In this document: positions 56,992 through 64,000 of the stretch, piece after piece | How positions within the stretch are numbered: the stretch's first letter is position 1 | Layout: the number at the start of each line of letters is the position of its first letter | NCBI GenBank assembly: GCA_937889595.1 | Contig: CALAOR010000057.1 | Span: 7,500 to 71,499, forward strand | Direction of reading: 5' to 3' | DNA from: an uncultured bacterium | GTDB taxonomy: Bacteria > Oederibacteriota > PGYV01 > Palsa-1178 | DNA: 64,000 nucleotides | Translations under genes and position numbers: made by a program | The notes under the pieces: generated by a model | The model's database searches: none | What the model saw: only the letters and a program-made list of their open reading frames with translations | What the model was told of the DNA's origin: nothing

Positions 56992-58068
56992 TTATTCTCC
57001 GGGCTTCATGGCGCGCCCTGAACCGGAGTTAAACGACTGGTTCAGGGTTGTATTGGACACTATATGTTCCACAAATATGTCTTTTAACTTTTGGCTGTAT
57101 TTGTTCCTGTCAAATATCCTGTCTATCTGCATAATTATAGCCGATATTATCTCGTCCTTTACCTCTATGGAAGTGCCGATCTCCGTCGCGATTAGCCTTT
57201 CGTCAAAAATTTGTCTTAAAGCGCCGAGAAATTTCTTCGTTCTTTTTTCTTCATCAGGCGGCATGGAGTTTATGTTTGCCACGATGCGCGGGACTTCTAT
57301 GGATCCGTCTCCCTTGTCTTTTCCGCCCTGGTTTATGTTGACTTTTTTCAGCACGTCATGGTTGGAAGCCATGGCTTTTTCCAGGGTGCGCGCCATCATG
57401 GTCTCAACCGGCTTGCGTTTTATAAGTTTGCCGAGCAGCTGCGCGAAAACTTTCCGGGTTTGTTCAAACATTGACAGCAGTATCACCTTGTCTGAGTGTG
57501 AAGTAACCAAAGCAGACGGCTGTTCTGACGCCCTCCTGTTTAGTACGGCCTGATATTCGGCGCTTTGTATTCTTGACGCTTCAAGCCTTTTGATAGTTTC
57601 TTCCCGCTTGCGGATCCGTTCTTCCTCGGTTACAGGAGGGCCGGGCGGTTTTAACTTAAGTTCCCCTTCCATTGGCGGAAGCCTGTATATGTCGTTTTCT
57701 GTTTCATTTATCTGCGCGATATTCTGCACAGGCGGTTTAACCGGCGGGGCATCAGCGAACGGTGCGGTATTATGGGTAATTTTAATCCCTGGCTTTTCTG
57801 TTTTTGACGGGTCAGACAGGATTTCATATGTGCCGCTCAATGTGTCTTTTTTTGCCTCAAATTCTTTCAGCAGCCTTTCTTCATCTTCGGTTAAAACGCC
57901 GCTTGTTGCCGTTGTTTCCCCGGGACCTGTTTCAAAAAATTCAAGCATTTCCTGTTTTAATATTTTTTTGGCTTCCACGGCCCCGACTTTATCCACTTTT
58001 TCGCCGAAAAGCTCGGAAACCATGTCTTTTATATCATCCATGCTTATTTTTAAACCGTCATCATCCAC
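56992..58068 (-). CDS. Acidic protein with a Pro-rich middle segment and the same conserved C-terminal domain (paralogue A)
   Basis: Shares the N-terminal EE(A/R)LL(R/K)EFE motif and the C-terminal domain (IVANINSM...FLGALRQIFDERLIATEIGTSIEVK...NTTLNQ) with paralogue B. 3-nt spacing to B. Confidence 0.6.
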   Translation of the reverse strand: MDDDGLKISMDDIKDMVSELFGEKVDKVGAVEAKKILKQEMLEFFETGPGETTATSGVLTEDEERLLKEFEAKKDTLSGTYEILSDPSKTEKPGIKITHNTAPFADAPPVKPPVQNIAQINETENDIYRLPPMEGELKLKPPGPPVTEEERIRKREETIKRLEASRIQSAEYQAVLNRRASEQPSALVTSHSDKVILLSMFEQTRKVFAQLLGKLIKRKPVETMMARTLEKAMASNHDVLKKVNINQGGKDKGDGSIEVPRIVANINSMPPDEEKRTKKFLGALRQIFDERLIATEIGTSIEVKDEIISAIIMQIDRIFDRNKYSQKLKDIFVEHIVSNTTLNQSFNSGSGRAMKPGE

Positions 58069-58218
58069 AAAATGGCCCCTTTCAAATAAATAATGCCGTA
58101 TTTACACAATTTAACACAATAAACACAGGGTGTCAAACCGCTTTTAGGATGGCTTTTTAGGTGGTTGTGGAATGGCCGTGTGGTATATATTTTTCAAAAT
58201 TATCGAAAACAACTAACT

Positions 58219-58755
58219 TTAAAATTTTGTATCCTTGCCGATTATGGCTCCTGTCCCTTTTACACAGGAAATACTTAAATTGTATTCATTGATGGATTTG
58301 CATAGGTCATTCAGACCGTCAATTTGCATGAACGGTCCTATAAGCGCGCCCGCGATAAACACAGTCATTAATGTTATATCCTTAAAATTAAACGGTATTC
58401 CCGGTTTGTCGTTCTGCACCTGGTATATTGCGGCATCAACACAAACCCACACGCCGCATCCTATGGCAACGGTATCGATCAAAACCCCTGCTGTATTCTT
58501 AAAATAATAACTATCAAGGTATTCCCCGCCCTTTTGGTTGTTTGACAGAAGCTTTGTTATTTCAGCATCATTGGTGGGATATATACCGTCATTGCCGGTG
58601 ATTTTCACATGCGCGCCGGACCAAAAATCAAAATATGGATACATAAGGCGATGCCCGAAAGTTGATGCGTTCATTGTATTTGTTGCCGCATCCGCACATA
58701 ACCCGGCGGAAAATAGAACCGTGATCAATAAAATACCCGTTATTATTTTTTTCAT
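58219..58755 (-). CDS. Secreted hypothetical protein
   Basis: Signal peptide MKKIITGILLITVLFSAGLCADA. Four Cys in the mature part. Confidence 0.5.
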   Translation of the reverse strand: MKKIITGILLITVLFSAGLCADAATNTMNASTFGHRLMYPYFDFWSGAHVKITGNDGIYPTNDAEITKLLSNNQKGGEYLDSYYFKNTAGVLIDTVAIGCGVWVCVDAAIYQVQNDKPGIPFNFKDITLMTVFIAGALIGPFMQIDGLNDLCKSINEYNLSISCVKGTGAIIGKDTKF

Positions 58756-58773
58756 TTAATTGTTCCTTTAATT

Positions 58774-59070
58774 TTACTTGGCCGCTTCATTGACCTTTGT
58801 CCAATCGCGTATACGGCCGTTATACTGGCCTCCGGTCATTGGCGGAGACATTATAAAGTGTATCTTTCCCTTGTACATCTCGCAGATGCCGTTTAAAGCC
58901 TTTAAAATGATGTTCCATTGCGCGTCGGACTCTGCCTTTACTACAATATATTTTGAAACAGGTTCCGTTACTATCAAGGCGTGCTTTTTTATTATGTCCG
59001 TGATCAGGCTGCTTATACGTTTAAAATTGTCCTCGTCCGATTCGATGTCCCATGATACAGTAAAATGCAT
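58774..59070 (-). CDS. Small hypothetical cytoplasmic protein
   Basis: ORF with good codon usage, 19 nt upstream of the 58219..58755 gene. Confidence 0.4.
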   Translation of the reverse strand: MHFTVSWDIESDEDNFKRISSLITDIIKKHALIVTEPVSKYIVVKAESDAQWNIILKALNGICEMYKGKIHFIMSPPMTGGQYNGRIRDWTKVNEAAK

Positions 59071-59109
59071 ATACCCTCCGGAAAATTATTTTTATCATTA
59101 TATCATAGT

Positions 59110-59166
59110 GCTGGCGGAAAACCCTATAAAACCATGAAATTCTTCATCGTGTTCGGTGCGGTACGC
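59110..59166. mobile_element. MITE-like element fragment (left end only, diverged)
   Basis: GGCGGAAAACCCTATAAAACCATGAAATTCTTCATCGTGTTCGGTGCGG matches the left end of the 6324 family. Confidence 0.55.
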
Positions 59167-59283
59167 TAAATTGTGCAGGGAGTCCGGGAAAACAAAAGGT
59201 AAATATCAGCAGGGTTACAGGCAGCCAATCCTTGAAAAAATATAGTATATACTAAAACCTGTTATAAAAGATTTCCCCCAGTA

Positions 59284-61383
59284 TCATCTCAGTACAACAA
59301 GAACCTTTGTCTGCCGGCTTTTCCTGATCTTGCTTTCATATTCATACCTTAGATAATATATCCCGTTTGAAAGCGTATTTTCCAGCGCTATTTCCGCTAT
59401 ATTGTCGCCCTTTGGTCCGGCAACAAGGTCATATTTCCTTATCAGCCTGAATGATACCGAATATATACCGACCCTGATCGCAGCCTCCCCATCAGGCGCG
59501 TAATATTTTATGGAAACCTTGTCTTTTGCCGGATTTGGGTACATGACAATAATAAAGGAATCCTCGCCCCTGTCCACAATGGTGGCGGTCACAGTCGGCG
59601 TGGCGGTGGTGAAGGTCATTGTCCGGGTGCATGTTGGCGTGAAAGTCTCGGTATACGTGCACGTGGATGTAGCGGTACTGCTTGATGTTGCTGTCCTGGT
59701 CATGCTCACGGTCAACGTAACAGTACTGGTCTGTGTGCGGGTATTTGTCGCGGACGGCGTTGAGCTGTGTGTGGAAGTAGGCGTCACTGTCGCGGTAAAT
59801 GTGGTTGTACGGGTTCCGGTGGCGGTTGACGTCTGCGTGGTTGTTGCCTGCAGGGTGCGCGTAATAGTGGCGGTTTGTGTGCCTGTGCTTGTCGCGGAAA
59901 GCGTCGCGCTGTATACGGGTGTAACTGTTTTGGTCGTGGTAAATATAGAGGTATATGTGGCTGTTAATACCGGTGTTGGCGTTGACTGCGGAGTACGTGT
60001 ATATGTGACAGTCTGCGTGCGGGTGTATGTAACGGATTGCGTTGATGTTTGTGTAAATGCCGGCGTAGTTGTATCCGCTTTTGTCGCGGTATTCGTCCCC
60101 GCCGGTGTCGGTGAATTTGCATTTGTGAAAACCGCAGTTGCCGTGTATGTCCCTGTTTCTGTCGGAGTGACAGCCTGTGTCTGCGTAACTGCCGGCGTTA
60201 AACTCGCGGTAATGACGGGAGTTCTGGTCTGCGTCACCACGCGCGTATTGGTCCATGTACGCGTTGGGGTAATCGTCCTTGTGGCTGTACGGGTCCTGGT
60301 AATGGTCCTTGTCGGCGTACAGGTACGTACTGTTACAGTGAAATTCTGCCTTGTACCGTCCTCACCGTAAATACCCGCAGTTCCTGTCCCTTCTATCCTT
60401 ACCCTCATCCTGCCAGAATCAAGCCCTGCGGGAATATGCCATGTATATGTATTCTGGTCGACAACAGACGCAAGATTCGACACTATCAGGGTCCAGTCAA
60501 CCCCGCCGTTTGCCGAATAGTACAGGTTTACGGCCGTTATATCCGGACCAAACTGAATCCACTGTATATTTGTATCTGTATCTGCAACAAGCGTAACTCC
60601 TTTTCCGCCGTCGGGCACGGTCAGTTCCACGTCCGACGTCATTCCCGGGTCCTGCGGATGTACGGTGATAAGTTCAGTACCGGTAGTTGCGGTAGTCGAA
60701 TCGTTCAGATAGTACACGTAGTTCCAATCGTGCCTCATCTCGTCCCATGTATCGTAATTTATCAGGTAGTTTATGCCGCTGCTTTGCGTATATCCCCAGA
60801 CGCTGATGCAATGCCCCGTATCAGGCCCCCATTCGCACCAGACAACCGGTTTGTCATTGTCAATTTCTTTTGTCATAAGGTCCCATGCCCAGTTGTTCGC
60901 GGAATTACCCTGTATCGCGGCGGCCCAGTTCTTGGCGCCGGCATAACCTCTGGCTGCCGCGACCACGGTAATTCCGCGCGCTATGTAATTTGAAGCCGTA
61001 CTGCCTGTATCGCCGGTCGTATGCATGGCATCGGCAAGGTCATGTATCAGGTTAGGCCTGGCATAAGCCAAGTTTGCGTTCTGCCACTGATAATTAGTGC
61101 CGTTGTTACTGATGAATGATTCCATGGCCGGCTGGTCTATGTAGTACTGTATTAACCTGCCCCACTGCGTGCATTTCGTGTTTCCGCCGTTCCCGTCAGG
61201 CCCGTAAAAATCCCAGTAAGACAGTGTGATAGCTGAAGACGTCGGCGCGCACCCGGCTGTCCATCCGTACGGCTGCATGCGGAGCTTTGTGGTGCCGTTG
61301 TGATTTGCCACAAACACATCCGCCCCAAAAACAGCAGCATTCAAAAATAACATGGATAAAAATGCGGCCGCAACGCGTTTCAT
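59284..61383 (-). CDS. Secreted C39-like (PF13529-type) cysteine peptidase domain protein with a long Thr/Pro/Arg-rich linker and a C-terminal T9SS (Por_Secre_tail) sorting domain
   Basis: Signal peptide. Putative catalytic Cys in AGCAPTSSAITLSYWDFYG and His in GHCISVWGY. About 200 aa of TxT low-complexity. C-terminus VMYPNPAKDKVSIKY...GIYYLRYE is typical of the T9SS CTD. Confidence 0.65.
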   Translation of the reverse strand: MKRVAAAFLSMLFLNAAVFGADVFVANHNGTTKLRMQPYGWTAGCAPTSSAITLSYWDFYGPDGNGGNTKCTQWGRLIQYYIDQPAMESFISNNGTNYQWQNANLAYARPNLIHDLADAMHTTGDTGSTASNYIARGITVVAAARGYAGAKNWAAAIQGNSANNWAWDLMTKEIDNDKPVVWCEWGPDTGHCISVWGYTQSSGINYLINYDTWDEMRHDWNYVYYLNDSTTATTGTELITVHPQDPGMTSDVELTVPDGGKGVTLVADTDTNIQWIQFGPDITAVNLYYSANGGVDWTLIVSNLASVVDQNTYTWHIPAGLDSGRMRVRIEGTGTAGIYGEDGTRQNFTVTVRTCTPTRTITRTRTATRTITPTRTWTNTRVVTQTRTPVITASLTPAVTQTQAVTPTETGTYTATAVFTNANSPTPAGTNTATKADTTTPAFTQTSTQSVTYTRTQTVTYTRTPQSTPTPVLTATYTSIFTTTKTVTPVYSATLSATSTGTQTATITRTLQATTTQTSTATGTRTTTFTATVTPTSTHSSTPSATNTRTQTSTVTLTVSMTRTATSSSTATSTCTYTETFTPTCTRTMTFTTATPTVTATIVDRGEDSFIIVMYPNPAKDKVSIKYYAPDGEAAIRVGIYSVSFRLIRKYDLVAGPKGDNIAEIALENTLSNGIYYLRYEYESKIRKSRQTKVLVVLR

Positions 61384-62111
61384 TGTTCCTCACCGATGCG
61401 TTTTTTCTGCGCGTGCCACTGCTGTTTTATTATTTCCCTTATCTTTTCATTTTCGGAGACATCGGGATTTTGTTTGATATTATTTGAACGCTTTTTTATG
61501 GAGTCAATCCCGGCTTTCTTTACCGGGAAAGCGCCACTCAAAAATATTTCAGCGCCGGACTGAAACTCATAGTATTGTTCAACTGGCGAAAAATAAAATA
61601 TCCTGGAAAGTTTGTGTCCTGTTGAAAATTGCGCCTGCATCAGGTCCAGCATGGTATAAAACGGAGGCAGCCCGTGTATCCGTTCTATGACAGGAACAGT
61701 GCCGGATACAGCCGACATTACTATAGTGCCGTAGCGGTCAATCCCCCACTTTAACTTCTTTGCCTTTTCCATTTTTTCGCGGTCGCCTTGCGCGGCCGCT
61801 TCCGAATACAGCCTCCTGCCTTCTTTTATATCCGATGTGATACGGTCATAGGCTTCAGGCTCACCGTTGATCCTATAAATGAACATGTATACGGAAATAT
61901 TCCCGTCAGCATCGACACACGGTATCTCAGCCGCGATTTTAACGGTTCCCCAGGCATCCTTTGCCTGAAGCTCTGCTATTTTACGAAGGGTATCGACAGG
62001 GATGCCGGTTTTATCATTAAAATTACCGGTTGGGAAACCAAGAGGCCAGTTCTCTGCGGATAATATGGAAATGACAAGCATCAGGAATATTATGAGAATG
62101 GTTCTTTTCAT
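61380..62111 (-). CDS. Secreted hypothetical protein, translationally coupled (ATGA overlap) downstream of the C39-like peptidase gene
   Basis: Signal peptide MKRTILIIFLMLVISILSA. 4-bp start/stop overlap with the upstream gene. Confidence 0.55.
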   Translation of the reverse strand: MKRTILIIFLMLVISILSAENWPLGFPTGNFNDKTGIPVDTLRKIAELQAKDAWGTVKIAAEIPCVDADGNISVYMFIYRINGEPEAYDRITSDIKEGRRLYSEAAAQGDREKMEKAKKLKWGIDRYGTIVMSAVSGTVPVIERIHGLPPFYTMLDLMQAQFSTGHKLSRIFYFSPVEQYYEFQSGAEIFLSGAFPVKKAGIDSIKKRSNNIKQNPDVSENEKIREIIKQQWHAQKKRIGEEQ

Positions 62112-62378
62112 AAATAAAGTCCTCCAAAAAGGCGCAAACTTTTTTTTTAATGCAACTATCCCTTGTCCCCGGAATAATGCTGTAACGAACCTATGGTAAT
62201 TATAGCAGAAAATATTTGCCTTTCATTAAAAATCGTGAATTTAAATGCATATATGACAAAAACACAGCATTTCTACGTCCGGTATTTTGTACGTTTTTCT
62301 GATTGCCTCACTTACATCGAAGGAGAAACAAGAAATGCGATGGAATGGCTTAAATAAAAGGGCTTAATCCACAGTGTA

Positions 62379-63479
62379 TTATAACGGCGTCATGCCCAGT
62401 ATTTTCCCTGTTTCCGGATTGATAACGTAAAGCTCGTCTGTTGAGTTCACATCCGCGTCCGACCTTGTGATTACCATAACGGCTGATTCCGATATCCATT
62501 TGTATTCGTCCATATAATCCTGCGTTTTGAATACGACCTTTTTGTCCACTACAAACGAGTTGTAAATGTATCCATGTTCCTTTTTATTGTAATATCCGTA
62601 CAACCAGGAAATTTTTGTTCCGGACGGGGATAAATCCGGGGAATGGATTTTTCCCCAATCTTCCCTGCCTGTTATATCCGAGGATATATTTTTGACAGGG
62701 TCAATAAGAATGACGCCGTTATTTTTTCCTGAAGACCCGGCCATGGCAGCGGCTTTATCTGCCCTGGAACTTATGTTTATCTGGTTCAAATCCCCGGCTC
62801 CCCAGCCGCGGTATTTGAATAAAGAAATTGTATTCCCGGAAAAATCCACACTTATAAGTTCCCGTGAACCTTCAGAAGGGTACTGGCATATTATATTGTT
62901 CCCCGCACCCCACCCGACGTATATCCCTTTTATAGGCACGGGAACCGTCCCACCGGACGCCGTATCATAAATAAAATACCCGGAAGCATGGCCCTCTTTT
63001 GCGATTCCTGCGGCTTTACCATGCTGTGTGCCAGGTTTTTTTGCGCGCGGGGAACCATCATAATCACCTTCGTCCCCCTCAATATTTTCCATTACATGAT
63101 AAAGAAGCATTTTTCCGTCATGCGACCAGCCGTTGATAAATATTTTAAATTGTCCGGCACTATTTAGAGGAGCTATCTTTCTGTTTTCCCCCGTTAAGAT
63201 ATTTTTTATCCGGATTATCCCGTCATCGCAATAAGCAATATGTTCTTTATCAGGCGACGCTTGCGGTATTGTTGTGCCTTCGTTGGACGCTTCAGACTGG
63301 CCGTTAAAGGACAGCTGCAGGATCATTTTCGTCTCGCCGTTCTCATAGACCTTATATACCTTATATGTTTCGTCTGTTATCCTGGCAGGATAAATAATAA
63401 ACCCGCCCTTGTTCTTCACCGTGCCGAACGCAGCCGCAAAGAACATGGTGCACAGCAGTATAAAAGCCCCTTTGATCAT
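62379..63479 (-). CDS. Secreted WD40/PD40-like (TolB/DPP-IV N-terminal-like) beta-propeller protein
   Basis: Signal peptide. PD40-like motifs (SPDKEHIAYCDDG, SPDLSPSGTKISWL). Confidence 0.6.
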   Translation of the reverse strand: MIKGAFILLCTMFFAAAFGTVKNKGGFIIYPARITDETYKVYKVYENGETKMILQLSFNGQSEASNEGTTIPQASPDKEHIAYCDDGIIRIKNILTGENRKIAPLNSAGQFKIFINGWSHDGKMLLYHVMENIEGDEGDYDGSPRAKKPGTQHGKAAGIAKEGHASGYFIYDTASGGTVPVPIKGIYVGWGAGNNIICQYPSEGSRELISVDFSGNTISLFKYRGWGAGDLNQINISSRADKAAAMAGSSGKNNGVILIDPVKNISSDITGREDWGKIHSPDLSPSGTKISWLYGYYNKKEHGYIYNSFVVDKKVVFKTQDYMDEYKWISESAVMVITRSDADVNSTDELYVINPETGKILGMTPL

Positions 63480-64000
63480 ATCTTTTCAAGCCCCGCGATT
63501 TTTGCCGACAGAGTTTTTTTGCCGCCGCTGCGGAACAAAACAGTGATCTTCAGGTCATCGCCGTATGGTTCGGCTTTTAATATGGTTCCCTGGCCGAGTT
63601 TTGCGTGCTTTACCTTCTGGCCCGGAATAAACTGCGCTTCCGCGGGTTCGTCGTTATATACCGCGTCTGTTCCCGGCGCGGGGCAGGAAACTTCATGTTC
63701 GTCATCAGGGCCGTTCCCGTAATATTTCTCTTCGGTCCGCTTTATCGGCAGCCTGCCTTTACGCTCTAAAATTTCCTCGGGAATTTCATTTACAAACCTT
63801 GAGATTGCGCCCATCTTTTTTGTCCCGAACTGCCTGCGGGATACGGCGCTCATGATATATAATTTCTTCCTTGCCCTGGTTATCGCCACATACGCGAGCC
63901 TGCGTTCTTCCTCTATGCCTCCCTGCTCTTCCAGGCAGTTCTTGTGGGGAAAAATTCCCTCGTCCATGCCTGTTAAAAATACCATGTCAAATTCCAGTCC
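63476..64000 (-). CDS. uvrD: ATP-dependent DNA helicase UvrD/PcrA, C-terminal fragment (N-terminus beyond the window end)
   Basis: Motif VI region GLEFDMVFLTGMDEGIFPH...RLAYVAITRARKKLYI. The frame is open to position 64000. Confidence 0.85.
   Translation of the reverse strand, partial: GLEFDMVFLTGMDEGIFPHKNCLEEQGGIEEERRLAYVAITRARKKLYIMSAVSRRQFGTKKMGAISRFVNEIPEEILERKGRLPIKRTEEKYYGNGPDDEHEVSCPAPGTDAVYNDEPAEAQFIPGQKVKHAKLGQGTILKAEPYGDDLKITVLFRSGGKKTLSAKIAGLEKI

Noticed and set aside
56495-57553. 352-aa plus-strand Ser-rich ORF
   Set aside because: It is antisense to the two Glu/Lys-rich genes. GAA/AAG-rich coding sequence gives an open TTC/CTT (Ser/Phe/Leu) antisense frame. It has no RBS or domain signal.
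59492-60370. 254-aa minus-strand and 286-aa plus-strand ORFs inside the peptidase gene
   Set aside because: They are nested in the Thr/Arg/Pro linker-coding low-complexity region of the 59284..61383 gene. They are alternative-frame or antisense artefacts.
62323-62358. 11-codon ORF (MRWNGLNKRA) with a strong GAAGGAG RBS upstream of the beta-propeller gene
   Set aside because: It is too short to support. It could be a leader peptide, but there is no attenuator structure.

Overview
This 64 kb window looks like chromosomal DNA from an uncultivated diderm bacterium. It is moderately AT-rich and about 85% coding, with most genes on the minus strand. Alternative TTG/GTG starts are frequent.

The core of the window is a roughly 19-gene minus-strand operon (7174..25919). 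It combines a chemosensory pathway (cheR, MCP, cheW, cheA, cheB, cheD, two cheC and two cheY) with an HD-GYP phosphodiesterase, TPR proteins, a CheW-like protein carrying an N-terminal T2SSE_N/MshEN-like domain, a PII(GlnB)-family protein, and an FtsA-like actin ATPase with C-terminal tandem small domains. This chemosensory/c-di-GMP operon is the best candidate for a previously undescribed system.

Housekeeping genes lie around it: the dprA-topA-xerC block, cspA, ppnP, dinB, lepB, pyk, cutA, nadE, dgt, a partial uvrD and a tRNA-CAU.

The accessory content is rich. There is a MITE-like palindromic element family with about 7 copies or fragments, a second structured repeat family with 2 copies, and a tandem array of three small secreted Lys/Ala/Thr-rich proteins with duplicated terminators. 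There is a DUF2029-type membrane glycosyltransferase next to a UbiA/DPPRS-like prenyltransferase and a FruK-like kinase. A dgt operon carries two paralogous Glu/Lys-rich coiled-coil proteins. A C39-like cysteine peptidase has a T9SS-type C-terminal sorting domain. At the 5' edge, a large surface protein gene ends in perfect 108-bp higher-order tandem repeats. No CRISPR array, rRNA or clear prophage was seen.
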